Positions 39,601 through 52,484 of a DNA stretch of 64,000 bases are shown in pieces (within the stretch, counting starts at the first letter, position 1; the number at the start of each line of letters is the position of its first letter). Source of the DNA: Tubiluchus corallicola (taxonomy: Eukaryota > Animalia > Priapulida); assembly GCA_030141605.1 (NCBI GenBank), contig JAQGDQ010000644.1:1-64000 (forward strand), written 5' to 3'. The translations under genes were made by a program, and so were the position numbers. Below the pieces are notes generated by a model. That model ran no database searches and was not told where the DNA came from. It worked only from the letters and a program-made list of their open reading frames with translations.

Positions 39601-42600
39601 ACCTAATTTGATCCAAGTGTCAGTACTAAAACTAACCAATGGTTCATTTTACCAGATTTTTGTTTTTTTCAGGATGAACAAAATCAAGTTCTCATCACTA
39701 ACGTTTGGTTGAGGCATGTACGTTGAAATATTTATTTATTTATTTGCAAAAATTTTACTAGTCTTACTCCACATCAGTCTTACACCACTTTAAAAATGCA
39801 GGAACTGATAGTCTAGTATACGAACTAAATAGATATGTATAAAATAGTTTATTGTAATAAAACATACACAAATGTACAGTAATAAAATTACAATACATGT
39901 AAATAATTGTGTATGTTCAGTCTCTGGATTGATGTTTTACAATAGTGTCAGATTCTTAAAATTGAAATTTTCATTTGAAGGCAACACGCGTTTTCTGGCG
40001 TCTAATTGTCTTTTAGGGCTCTAAAAAGACTCGGTAACTTTTTGTTTTATAATATTAGTCGCACACGCCAAAAAAAATCTATGTCAGCAAACTGTCCGTT
40101 TTAAACCGTCTAAGACAAAATTTGCCCGCGCGCACCCGGCAACTTTTGTAGGAAGCAACATGTGTGATGGGCATTTGGTAATGCCAATAAACAATAGACA
40201 CGTAACAAAACGATTGTTTTCTATTGGACTGATCTGGTTTTATCTGATGCGAATAAGCTTTTTCACAGTGCCAGCGATTGATGATGATCGTGAAAAGGTC
40301 AAAGTTTAAGTGTAGCAGACAAAGCATTTATGTACGCTTGACAACGCTATTGTAATAGTATCAGTTTTAACAGCTAGCTAAGACCTTGCCTAGTTCATTT
40401 TTCTTGTTTCCAAGCAAGATCCTGCTAAGCACAGTCTAATGAATAATTAAGTAAAGTCGTCGTAAAACAACTGAAGTTACTGAACTGATCCGATAGACGG
40501 CTTTGCTTTACCCACATGTCACGAGACAGTTGTAGTTAAGACGCGTTGCTGTGGTTCACTTAACCTTTGACCTACAGCAACTGCGCGTGCGCATAGCGAA
40601 ACTGTGAAAAGGCTTATTGATGTAGGTCTACCACACACAGTAATAGGATGAGTAAGGAAAGACAAAAAATTTGTTGCACAAATTGTTGCAGACAGATTTT
40701 GCTTCGAGTGCGGGTGGTACTAGAACTGCTTTGCTTTGTCTGGGGATATGGGTGTGTAGACATGTGCGTTATGGTTAGTTATGTATTGTTTCCACCGTCT
40801 GCTTACATCTGTTGTCCATGGTCATTTACCTCAGGTGTGAAAAGGTAAGATAATCACAACTCATTCACGTAACTGCCTGATGTTGTGAAGTAGGTTGAAT
40901 AGTAGATTGGTAGCCGAAATGTGAAATTGCCCAACTGCATTTCTCGGTGATGGTTCTTTTATTCTATTTTTTGCAAAAGTCTCAACTCAATTCTTAACTC
41001 TATTCAACGTATGTTATCTTGAATGTTATTGTTGTTGTTGTTGGTGATGTTATGAATGACCTTTTGAAAAAAAGCTTAAAGTGGCACTTCTGTAGTATCC
41101 GTAATGCGTATGCGTTATGAGGGTGCGAAATAAATGAAATCGGTTTATATTGTTTTCAATGCACACGACCTGTGTTATATTATTTTTTCTGCAGCCATTC
41201 CGCAGTTGGATAATACGTAACGCATACGCATTGCGGTGCTACATAAACGCCACTTAAAGCTCGTGAATTCGCAACAATAGCCATGAATCTTTACGCTAAT
41301 TTATAAGAACGAATTATGCGTCAACTGACTTGATCGAATTTTCGATCCACTATTTGGAATTCAAGATGGCGACGAAAATATCATTTTCAGAAAAACCCCA
41401 AGGTTCCGTCAATTCGCACAAGATCGTCATCAAAAATTCTAAAAATGTTTTGGACGAATTCCACATCAACTGGCGGAGTCAGATTTTCGATCCGCCATTT
41501 TGTGTTCAAGATGGCGGCGATAGCATCATTTTCGAGAAAAACCGTAGACCCCACCAATTCGCAACTGATCGTTATAAAATTCTACATAAGTAGTAGTAGT
41601 AGTAGTAGTAGTAAAATCTTTATTTGCCATTTTAAAAACATTGACCATCATAATAAAACACAGACATTCATTCAGTCTTAGTTCATATAAAAAACATACA
41701 CTGTTGTTGGCAAATGCGTCTGGTGCAAGGTAAACTATAAGTGCAACTAGAAATTCAAAAATAAAATATAAACTAGTTTAGTAAGGTCTAGGAAAAATGA
41801 AATGATGATTTGAGTGAGTAAGTCATCGTGTTCGTATGTCGGATATCCAAAACGAGTCATTAAATGTTTTTTAATTTAGACTTGAATATTGATAAAGAGC
41901 TGCTGTGTTTTAGTGATGTCGGTAATGAATTCCAAAGTTGTATTGCTTGCTTAGTAATGGAATTCTTTCCATATTGATTGTTCGTTCTAATGTTTCTTAA
42001 ATTTAGTTTTCTGTTATTCATACTGGGGTTTTCAATAAGTGGGAGCTTATTGTTTTTGAAAGGAGAATTAAGATTGTTGATATATTTATAGAGAAACAGG
42101 AGAGTGATAATCTCCGTGGTATACTAGAATGATTTCTGCATTGATCGATTAACAGATTTTCGATTTGTCTTCGTAATTTCAAGATGGCGGTACTCATATC
42201 ATTTGTAATCCACGACCTTGACTTCAGCGAGACTCTAGACCAGTAATTCGATTCGAACTTCATTATTGTTATAGTTGCCTCGTATTGTCTTATACAATTA
42301 TTTGTATTCGAATCATAAAACCTATAAACAATAATAAGAATATTTTAAATCTGTTACAGTCTTGGGTAGTCCACAAGGATCTGCAGTGGGAGCCAGAAGA
42401 TTATGGAAACATAACAATAATTCGTGTTCCAGCAGAATACGTTTGGTTACCAGACATAGTGCTATTAAACAAGTATGTCACACACATGGAATTTAGGACC
42501 TATGTTACACCACTTTAAACCTTAAATATTATTGATGACCAAATAGACCTTGGGCTAAATATAAAAAAAATAATTTATATTTGATTTTGTTAAAATTATT

Positions 42601-45489
42601 ATTAGTTTTTTGCTTCTTGTTTGATGATGTCTTTGGTGGCACAGAATTATAAGATGTAGGATTATAAGAGTTACAGGATTATTGAGGATATTCAGGATTA
42701 TTCAGGATATAGGTAGGATCCATATTTTTTTATTTTTAAATCAAGTGCTGGCTTTTCTAGTGCCATACTAAACTTTCAAGTGCAGGTGCTGCAGTTTTCT
42801 AGCTTTTGAGCCACATGTAGAGAAAAAGATAGATTTATCTATCAGAGAAACTTTCTCCCCTTATGGCTGGTGAATAGGTTTTTCAATTTAAAAAAACTAT
42901 TACGTTTGAAATCGTTTGAAGCAACTATGTTGAATGCTTTTACTAATGCTAATAAAATATTGAGATAATTTATGAGCAGACGGTTTGGTCTAGTTTTAAC
43001 GCGTCTGCTTTCCATCTTCGAGGTCGTGAATTCGATACAGTGGCCGATAACGTCACGCCAAAGACGTTAAAAATGGTACCTACTGTTGTCCTACCCAGCG
43101 CGTGGTATTTAGGGTAAAAGTAGGGGTACTAATAGTCTCTGTTATGTAGTTATAGATTGTTATTTACAGTCGGCGATAATTCTTTTAGTTTACAAATACG
43201 AATAAGCCAAACAGTAATTTGCGGGAACAGTTCAGTCAGCACTGGTCTTACAGAAGGCATCAAGCATACTAGTTCGAGCCACATTAATTTAATAAGCGAA
43301 TTGTTTTTAGGTTCCATTAGTTATCAGCCCGGTCCCAAAAGCGAAACGATTTAGAAAAAACAATTCAGTTTTTATAGTTACTTTTTAGGAAGATTTAACT
43401 GATTTCCTAAGAGTAGACATAAAACCACATGTAAAACGGATATATAACATAATTACAGTAAGAATTACATGTACTAAGATGATAAAAATACGAAATTTGT
43501 CCTAGTAATACTAAAAAATGTAGGACACCCTCTCGCACATATATTTTCCTTTTTATGATCTTGACAGTTTTCTAATACCATTTATTAATGTTTTAGTGCT
43601 AACGGTGGCTACGAGGTGACGGAGAAAGTCCGAGTGTTAATGTGGAACACGGGATGGACAGAATGGATACCACCTGCCATATTTCAGACATCTTGCAAAA
43701 TAGATGTGACATATTTTCCCTACGATCAGCAGAAATGTGACATGCAATTTGGGTCCTGGACATTCAACGGCGATCAACTTAAGTTGGGCTTCTACGCGAA
43801 TAAACCCATGGTCTCTCTGGACGATTATGTGAAAAGTGCCATCTGGGATCTTTACGAAGCACCAGCCTATGTGTACGTTGATGAAACTGTGTCGCCATCT
43901 AGGACTGTTATCGTTTTTCAGATCTACATGAAGCGCAAAACGTTGTTTTACACTGTGAATTTGGTATTACCCTGTGTACTTTTGTCTTTCTTGAGCATAG
44001 TTGTATTTTACTTGCCATCAGATTCACAAGAGAAAGTGACTCTTTCCATATCACTTCTAGTCGCATTAGTCGTGTTCTTGTTATTGATATTCAAGCTTCT
44101 ACCACCAACGTCAGACTGCATACCATTGCTGGCCAAATATCTCCTGTTCACCTTCCTCATGAACGTCTCGACGCTGGTCACTACTGTCGCCGTCATCAAT
44201 TGGAACTTTCGCAGTCCAACAACCCACGCGAAGAGACCTTGGTTGTGGCAAGTTTTTATTGTGTTCTTGCCGAAATTTCTCTGCATCAAACGACCGAAGA
44301 CGGAAGCGAACACCAGCCGGCCGTCTTCGGTGTTCATGAGTATAAAGAACAAGGTGAACTTTATGGAGTTCAATAGTCTACACCATCCGAACTGTAAGCA
44401 AAGTCGGAGATGCTCGTTGGAAGATGAGGCAGAATCGAAAGAGGACTATTCGTTTCTAATGACATTGCATCCTGATGCACAGAAAATAATTGATGAGATC
44501 GAGATGATTGCCGAAAATATTCGAACAGAAGACGCCATTGATCAGGTAAATTTATGTTGAGCTTTTCGAAACTTCAGTAAAACTTCACATAGAATTTTTA
44601 AAGCGTTGAATACGTAATTTATATGAGACTGACACTATTCTGCATGCTTTTTGTTTACTTGTTTGTCTGTTTTCCTCTGTTTGTTTTTGTTTGTTTGTTT
44701 ATTTGTTTGAATGTTTGTTTTGTTTGATTGTCTGTGTGCGTGTGAGTGTGTGTGTGTGTGTGCGTGCGTGCATGCTCGTGTGCTTATGCGCGTGCGTGTT
44801 TGTTTGTATGTTTGTTTTGTTTGATTGTCTGTGTGCGTGTGAGTGTGTGTGCGTGCGTGCGTGCTCGCGTGTGTGTGTATGCGTGCGTGCATGCTCGTGT
44901 GCTTATGCGCGTGCGTGTTTGTTTGTATGTTTGTTTTGTTTGATCGTTTGTGTGCGTGTGAGTGTGTGTGTGCGCGCTCGCGTGTGTGTGTATGCGTGCG
45001 TGCATGCTCGTGTGCTTATGCGCGTGCGTGTTTGTTTATATGTTTGTTTTGTTTGATTGTTTGTGTGTGTGTGTGTGTGTGTTTGTATGTCTGTCTTCTT
45101 TCGTTCTGATAGTACAGTTCTGTACGTATTTTCGTAAGTGAAAATTACCAACATACAACTAAGCTCTTGTTTGATGGCAGTTTCAATTTTAGGCCTCAGC
45201 GACATGTTTCAGATAACAGAAATTTTGCCATATTTTTCAACGACTTCTTTGTTTCTTTTCGCTACAGGTTGAGGAAGATTGGACGTACATATCTCTGGTT
45301 ATAGATCGTCTTCTATTGTATTTATTCTTGGCCATTACCGTGTGTGGCAGCGTCTACCTTATTTTTAACGCACCCGGGGTTTTCGATTTTATGGATCAGG
45401 ATAAAATTTTAGCGGAACTCCAAGAAGAGAGCAATCGAAATTTTTCCGAGTTTGATTTGCTTGATCATTTTATCATACGAAAGCCTTAA
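30718..45489 (+). CDS. Nicotinic acetylcholine receptor non-alpha subunit, divergent beta1-like (paralogue B), 6 exons, about 512 aa
   Basis: Exons: 30718-30772 (candidate signal-peptide exon [24 protein letters not shown] donor, phase 1), 38732-38886, 39673-39717 ([15 protein letters not shown]), 42360-42472 ([10 protein letters not shown]), 43597-44545 ([17 protein letters not shown]1-TM3), 45268-45489 ([15 protein letters not shown]4, TAA). No loop C Cys-Cys. Exon 1 is less certain than the others. Confidence 0.9.
30884..31017. repeat. Tandem duplication of about 80 bp
   Basis: TTAGACCTCTCTACTACTTAAGTAACACTTACGATTAT occurs at 30901 and 30980. Confidence 0.8.
32734..33357 (-). mobile_element. 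Family 2 element copy
   Basis: AAGGAAGACAGGATGATTTTTCATAT...ACTTTAA; colinear with 57849-58463. Confidence 0.8.
33629..33840. repeat. Single copy of the same compound GT-rich unit
   Basis: GTGCTCGTGTGCTTATGCGCGTGCGTGTTTGTTTGTCTGTTTGTTTTGTTTGATTG matches the 44670-45090 unit. Confidence 0.8.
35653..36261. repeat. 203-bp tandem repeat, 3 near-identical copies
   Basis: AGAGGGTTATTCACTTCGTATTC starts at 35653, 35856 and 36059. Confidence 0.92.
36673..37212 (-). mobile_element. Family 3 element copy
   Basis: TTAAAGTTACTCAG...TTTTCTTTAA; GCATTGAAAACAGGAGCGCCCAAGCA core. Confidence 0.78.
37255..37315 (-). mobile_element. tRNA-derived SINE head remnant
   Basis: Minus strand CCTAGTGGCTAA...GGTCTCAAGTTCAAGCCC has A- and B-box-like motifs at tRNA spacing. 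Confidence 0.4.
38393..38610. repeat. Compound pentanucleotide microsatellite (ATTGT/GTTAC/ATGGC/ATGGT/ATCGC)n
   Basis: Directly visible. Confidence 0.92.
40254..40616 (-). mobile_element. MITE family 1 copy (reverse)
   Basis: TAAGCTTTTTCACAG...CTGTGAAAAGGCTTA with the shared internal sequence. Confidence 0.87.
41076..41257. mobile_element. Short palindromic MITE
   Basis: AAGTGGC...GTAATGCGTATGCGTTA and TAACGCATACGCATTGC...GCCACTT inverted arms. Confidence 0.65.
41588..42080 (-). mobile_element. LINE (CR1/L2 group) 3' end with (CTA)n tail
   Basis: Minus strand encodes [38 protein letters not shown], typical of an ORF2 C-terminus, followed by AATAAA and a trinucleotide tail. Confidence 0.72.
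42975..43130 (+). mobile_element. tRNA-derived SINE with a conserved central core (MESC/Meta-like, from recall)
   Basis: TGGTCTAG A-box, GAATTCGATAC B-box, then CCAAAGACGTTAAAAATGGTACCTACTG. Confidence 0.55.
44670..45090. repeat. Compound GT/GTGC/GTTT minisatellite, about 118-bp unit, 3-4 copies
   Basis: GCATGCTCGTGTGCTTATGCGCGTGCGTGTTTGTTT recurs at about 44770, 44889 and 45002. Confidence 0.85.
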
Positions 45490-45888
45490 GATAGAAAATT
45501 AAGCCATTCTGACAAACGAGCTGTTTTTAGTGTCGAACACGAGGCCAGGGTTTCTCGGAAAGTTCGGACACGACGAAGCCGGCTACTGTGTTTGTGTGAG
45601 TCCTACTGAGTACAGCGATTGAACCTACTTGTATTGAATTACAAAATGAGAGGTTTTCTCTGATTTTAAAGCACAGCGTACGAGACTACGAGCTATTCTC
45701 GTGGCGCTACCTAGCACTTACTAAAAAGCGCCCTCTCTTGATCGCTCCCCAAAACTTTTTATTAGCCTCAATTCTAATAGCTGTCCCAGTGAAAACTGTT
45801 CTTAGAAACTTGGATTGATGCGAATACGAATAACACGTGCAACGTCTCAGATTGCATCTCTGTGTTCTGGTGGCCACTCGATTTGCAA

Positions 45889-46270
45889 TAAGCCTTTTCA
45901 CAGTTCCAGCGATTGATGATGATCGTAATAAGGTTAAACTTCAAATATACCAGACAACGCATTTGTGTACATTTGACAACGCATCGCAGCCCAAGTTATT
46001 GTAATAGTTACAGTTTTAACAGCTAGCTAGAACCTTACCTAGTTCAGTTTTTCTTGTTCCCAAGCAAGATCCTGCTAGTAAATCACTTTGCGGACAGACC
46101 TATGCATACTTGAGAATGGTCGATGTAAAACAACTGAAGTTACTGAACTGATTCGGCAGACGGCTCTGCTTTAGCCACATGTCACGTGACGGTTGTAGTT
46201 AAAACGCGTTGCTGTGGTACATATATCCTTTGACCTACAGCATGCGCACAACGAAGCTCTGAAAAACTTA
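45889..46270 (-). mobile_element. MITE family 1 copy (reverse)
   Basis: TAAGCCTTTTCACAG left end, degenerate right end CTGAAAAACTTA, shared internal sequence. Confidence 0.85.
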
Positions 46271-46762
46271 TTAAACAGCATCTTCATTCTCACCCTGACA
46301 TCGCTAGCTTTTCGTGGTCCAACTTTAAAGACACCATCTTTAGTACTCAACATCCACATACTTTTACCCTTTCAGCGAATTGGATAATTATTAACGAAAA
46401 AGGTTGGCTTCTCGTCTACATAGCTACTAAAGCTGAGAACTCCTTTGCATTACAGTAAATTTATCAAAAATATGTTTATTCTTCACATTTTTTTTTACTT
46501 TTTCATGGGAAAACAATGTTCCTAATGCAAGGGAAAAAGTAGCCATGTACTTGAAATACTTTGAACTTATTGATGTATGACAGAAAATATAAGTGATGAT
46601 TACAAATTTTTGTTTAATAAAGAATAAATAATGTTATTTATATGCAAACCTTTTATTGTTTCTAGTGTTACAATTTTGATTTCGATAGTAAAAAAGCTAA
46701 AAAACAAGTTAAGGCTCAAAAAATGCTTTATGTCCTGTTTTGTTGTGTCCAGCACAGTGTCA

Positions 46763-46892
<130 letters not shown>

Positions 46893-47074
46893 GCAACTAC
46901 CACCAGGATATCCTGTTGACAGGATAATCAAACAAAGTTACAGAATAGGTGAACGAACGGCATAATGGTGTAAATTTCTAGTCAAAATTCAACGTTCGGT
47001 GTTGCACATGTACACTTAAGCAGAGGCCAATGTGTAGCTTTAAACCCATAGCCTAGTACAGAACTGTCGATTTC

Positions 47075-47637
47075 TTAAAATTACGACACTGTTTTACTTT
47101 ACTGTTACCACTTAATCTTAGAAAAATGTAACAAAGAAATATGCAAAGAGCTGCCTATAATGCATAAATTTAAAATAAATTATCTCTGAATAGACATTTT
47201 CAGGCGTGGTGGTTGACGCCACTTACTTGACAGTCGTGACGTAACTGTGAGGCTTTGTGACTTTTCCTAAGCGCGTCGTGGTTTCCGTAAGCGTGCACTG
47301 CTTAAACTAATTCAAACTTCTGCAGGTTACCTAATGTTGACGTAAAAATATTACAAAAGTAGTCATCTATTTTTTTGTAAAAAATTATCATACTTTTAGT
47401 GAAGATTGACATTTCGCTACTTTTCTTCAGAACGAATGACTTCATTGGAAGAAGAATGGGCATTGAAAATGGGAGCGCCCAAGCATGAAGTGATCGCGAC
47501 TTTAAAGGGATTTTACTGGTTACAGGCGGCGCTTATTGCAGTTTTATTACTAGTCCTTCTTATTCAATAAATCTACTAAATATTTCGCGAACACTGAAAT
47601 AAGCTTAACCTCTTAGAAGAGTTGGCCTTTCCTTTAA
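47075..47637 (-). mobile_element. Family 3 element copy
   Basis: GCATTGAAAATGGGAGCGCCCAAGCATGAAGTGATCGCGAC core; ends CCTTTCCTTTAA. Confidence 0.78.
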
Positions 47638-49679
47638 CGCAAAATGCTGCAGTGTTTTGTACGCATTTGCTTAATTAGGTTTTTAATTTTTACCATCACA
47701 TATGTGTCGTTAGTAGTAGGTTTCCAGCAATACCTTTTTCACTATTGCTTGCAACACGTGAAATAAATAAGTAACAAAATAAGTGGATGAACATACCGGA
47801 AACCCTTACGGAAGTCATGCTTCACACAGCAACCACACTTTAAACGTTCGTATCAAACAAATAACAGCAAATCATCTAATTTGACATAGTTAATTGTTCA
47901 CGGCGAGATTACTGCAAACATTACGTGAACTCAGTTAATTAATAATTACTTAATAAGCATACCTGTAACACTTCCGGATATCATGCTTCATGCAGCCACA
48001 AATCTACGAAATGTTCACACCAATCTAGATCAAAGTATATCAACCAAATGGGGCATCCATTAACTGACATATGTAATTGTTTATTGCTAGACTATTACAT
48101 ACGTTACGGGAAATATATATATATTTAAATATATATGTGTGTATCTATATCTATATAGCAAGTAAGTAAGTAAGTATATACGCAAATTATTATTACGCAA
48201 AGGTTAATGGAACACACATTATATATATATATATATATACATAAGATTTACATAAAAATAATTTACCTACATAATAAAATATAAGGATTAGTTGTAATTA
48301 AAAAAAAATGGTTATTAGTAAATATGTCTGAATTATAAATAATAGTTTGTATCGAATAGAACTTGACTCTATATGTTATGCAATTTACACAGTATAAAAA
48401 CATCAGATTTTAAAATTTCAATACAAACACACACACACATATATATATATACGGTAAGTATGGTATGGTAATATATATGGTAACAGATCTATAAAATGCT
48501 CGTACCCATCATGATATCAAATTGTTTACATACCCCGATCTACTGCAGTGGTTTATTTTTCGAAAATGGCTCAACATATTTGCTTTTCCTTGCTTATGCG
48601 CAACCATAAGAACATGGCTACAAAAATTACTTACCTACACAGTGAACAAAATTTTAAACTTTTTTACTGCATTGTAATATGTAATGAATTAAAGTAAATG
48701 GACCTATTATAATTAAATAGTGAAAAAATTACTATTTTAATCAAATATTTGGTCGACCTTCTCCTTGTATTCATTAAAAGCTTTACATTTCCGATCGCTC
48801 AGTTGATTCTCTATATATCGCTTTTTTAACCAAAATGCTACTATCTAGGATGAGTTTAATAATATTAATGTAACGTGCTTCCTTGTATATTATTTGATTA
48901 TAAGAATTTTCTTAAGTCAGCAATAAATAATAAAATAAATTTTATTATAATTTGATCTTGAAAAGCTTAGAAACTTCCAAATATTTTTATTTATCTTCTG
49001 AAGTGTCAATATTAAGTAATATAGTATATAGACCTACTTATTTATTTGCATATGTTTATGTTCTAGTGCGTTTTTGTTATCATATATAAATGTTGCACTA
49101 AAATAAGATTATGAACTCAAGCTCTTACGTACTCCAGCTGTGTGTCACGTGACTTGTAATAATATACGAAGTAGCAAAGGCCCCCGCAAAAATAGGGGTG
49201 GCTGAAACGATAACTTACGTCCATTCGTCACCTCTTCACCTTAACATAGTAATGAAATTAATATTTCATAATATTAAGTTTCATTTAATAAAATGTAACT
49301 ACTTTTTGTAGTATTATCGTTTAATCTGCAAATTAAGAGAAGCATACAAAAAGTTTGAGCAAAATAAGTCGAAACAAAAATACGGCATAGCACAAGACAC
49401 TCAAGCGCAAAATATACCTAAATAGTAAATTTGCAGCCTAAAGTTTTATAGTACGTTTTCTGATGCGTGAACAATTTTCTTAATTATTTACATCATAGCA
49501 GCGTATAGTTGGCTGACATGTAGCACTAAGACAAGAAAAAATACAGATATTTGGCAATAACAAAAATTAGCGCCTCAGTTCACATATTAAGCCTTGCCAC
49601 GAATAGTGCTACGCTCACACCTTTTACCTGCCTTAAACTACTGCCACCTGGTGTTTGAAATTCAGGAAAAATTCTCACA

Positions 49680-49737
49680 ATGAATATATTTTGTTTCAAT
49701 TGTTTTTGGCATTGTACTAATATCTTTTTACCAATAG
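49680..49737 (+). CDS. Candidate first (signal peptide) exon of nAChR paralogue C
   Basis: ATG...MNIFCFNCFWHCTNIFLPI then G|GTGAAA. The phase-1 donor matches exon 2 at 54389, but the donor and the hydrophobic core are both weak. Confidence 0.3.
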
Positions 49738-51943
49738 GTGAAAAATAAACGCATTTAATGTTACTGTATATTATACTATTATATTAAATGTATGAGTGCT
49801 CGCTGGGAATCTCGATGAAAATTGGCGTATATTATTTGCAACGTACGTCCCCAGTTCAAAGGATTGTATGCTCGAGAGTTACCTACCATCCTCTTCAGTC
49901 ACAACGATTCCATCTACATCTAGCTGCCGTCAGCCATATTGTCCCCATCACGATGAAAAAGGACGTATATTATTTGGAACGTGATTGGCACGTACCTCCC
50001 AATTTCAAAGGTTTGCATGCTCGACAGTTAGCTACCATCCTCTTCAGTCACAACGATAACAGACATTGCAGAGACCCGACGTGTACAAAATATTATGACG
50101 CAAACTTCAAGATCTGGCCATTTTTTTCTTTTCTTTTTTTCTAAAATGTCCACTTTTTTCTTCAACGTTTATGGGTTCAAGTAAGGTTTTGTTTTACATG
50201 TTGCAAACTGTAGTTCACTGAAAACCCACTTGTCACCCGATACATCAAACAGACCTCGTTTTTTCCTAAACCTGTTTGTTATCTTTAAAGTGGGTTAAGT
50301 TAATCTGTTGGTTCTGTTCAAATAAACACAATGTCTGCCAATACAATTAATGAGTGTCTTAGGGATAAGTCTTGGAAATGATTTTAAAAAACTGTTTAAG
50401 AATTTATAAGTCAGAGCGAGGAAGAAATTCCGGAGTTCATAAACACGCGGTAAGGACGTCTGCAAACAGTGTTCTATCACGTTTTGCTCGCCCCTGAGCA
50501 CGTTCTGGAAGAGATTAGAATGCGAACACTAAACAAGTTTGGGTTATGTTGTGTTACTTGAGTAGTAGAGGCCATAGTTCTTGCCTTCGCGGCGGCATAA
50601 TGCACTGAAGCCATTAGTAATGAAGAACTTGAAGCTTTCGGCGGTTTCGCTTTACCAAAATATTCTAGAATAAAAAGATGAATTGGGAAAAGCTATGTGA
50701 CCAGCACTCTGCTTTCACGCTGACCTGTGGTCAAGTGGACATGGATGCTATTTGATACTGCAAACTGATGGCGAAGGCACAGATATGTTTTCTATTCTGC
50801 AGTCTAATTGGAACTGGTACGTACGAATAAACGAGTGAATAACTAATATTTGCTTTTCTTATTAAACAGAAGTTCATCTCTCATTAATAAGAGATACAAT
50901 TTCTTGTTCGGAAGCGCAAGTATCGTTAAACAGACCATCTCATTTGCTGCGTTTGCTCTTAAAAAGATGCAGATTTTCTTGACGTAATGTCTCCTTGGCG
51001 AAGTTATAACTACAAGAGGTTTCTTTGAATAGGACCAACAGATTAATTTAATGGAACAAAGGATGGGTTTATTTGTTTTTCTAAATAATTCAGTCTATTT
51101 AAGTGAAAGATCTGCATGTTTATATTCAGAAACTTTGTTCCTAGAGCAGAGTATTACAACCTTGGTGCCATCTCTCAAATGAACTGCACTTGCATGCATA
51201 TACAATAATTATTTGCTTTCTCGGAACGATCTGATTAGATCTGAAGGAATGATTAGATCTGATGCCATAGGTGCCACTGGAACTCGAAGGTAAAAAAATT
51301 ATGATAAGAGAATTCCAAAGATACAGCAACACACAGGAAAAGCACGGGTTTCCTGGGCTAATCCATGTGCACATGGGGGGACAAGCAAAGCGGGACATAT
51401 TCTTAAAAAATGAAGCGAAACCGCGTCAAAGTTATGTCCCCTTACCATTGCTTGTGATACTTAAGAAAACTGAGACGGTTTACATGAAAACGTTTATAGG
51501 CAATCACCATTGGCATACGAATATCCAGTAAATTTGGTTTTAAAATGCACTCATTGCAAGAATTGAACCTACGCCTGCTATAATTTTACAGCCTCTAATT
51601 CGCCAAACAATTTTCGGTGTACCCAGTCGGCACATACCAGCTGATAAATTGACGCTAACTGTAAAGGAAAAAAAGTTGATTTCGTGGTATTTCCGGTGTC
51701 GAGCATTCTGACATCTTGTGTTTCATTAACTCTTACGTCAGATTGTTTATTTATATTAACTTTTATTACAGTGTGCATACCAAAGAGTAAATGAATATGG
51801 CGACGATGTCACTCTGCTCAAGGCATCTTCGAATATTTATCAATATTTTTTCCATCACAAATAAAAATAACAAATGGCCCCAGGGCTGTTTTCACAAAGT
51901 CGTTACTACGTTAGCGATGCCATTATCATATTCATTGAACTAT

Positions 51944-52484
51944 TTAAGCAAAACAGGAAGATTTTTCATATCTCATCCCATTTTGAAGAACGGTAAAAAG
52001 TATACACTTTAATACATATTATAATGCAAAAGCATTTCTGATAATTAAATAATCGGTTAAAAACTTAATTATTATCAAATTAACACAAACACAATTTTCA
52101 ACAGCACAAACATTCCATGAGCGTGTTGCACGTGTTTGCAAACGCGAAAATTGAAGTACAGTGCTACTGCAAGAGATGCAGTGTGTTGTACTAAAACTAG
52201 GCAAGTTTAAAAAAAATCAATTTTCAAATTTATGAAAATGAGGCATGAGCTGTAGAACGTTTGTAGTTCCTCACAAAATAACACATCCGAAATGCAGACG
52301 CTAGTGCCCGTCTAACTAGCGAATGGCGAAATGCATATAACAGAGAAGAACTAGCCACGGGAACAAGAATTTGTGTGGTATTCACGTAAGTCATTCTTTA
52401 AAAAATTATACGTTTCCTTTCAATATTGTAAAAGGCTGATTGTTTTGACCTGCAGTTTAGGATTGAGTCTGATTTTTCCTTTAA
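51944..52484 (-). mobile_element. Family 2 element copy (internal deletions)
   Basis: TTAAGCAAAACAGGAAGATTTTTCATAT...TTCCTTTAA; shared GTCTAACTAGCGAAT core. Confidence 0.75.

Noticed and set aside
50146-50180. Alternative first exon for gene C (MSTFFFNVYGF, GTAAGG donor)
   Set aside because: The donor is phase 2, while exon 2 needs phase 1.
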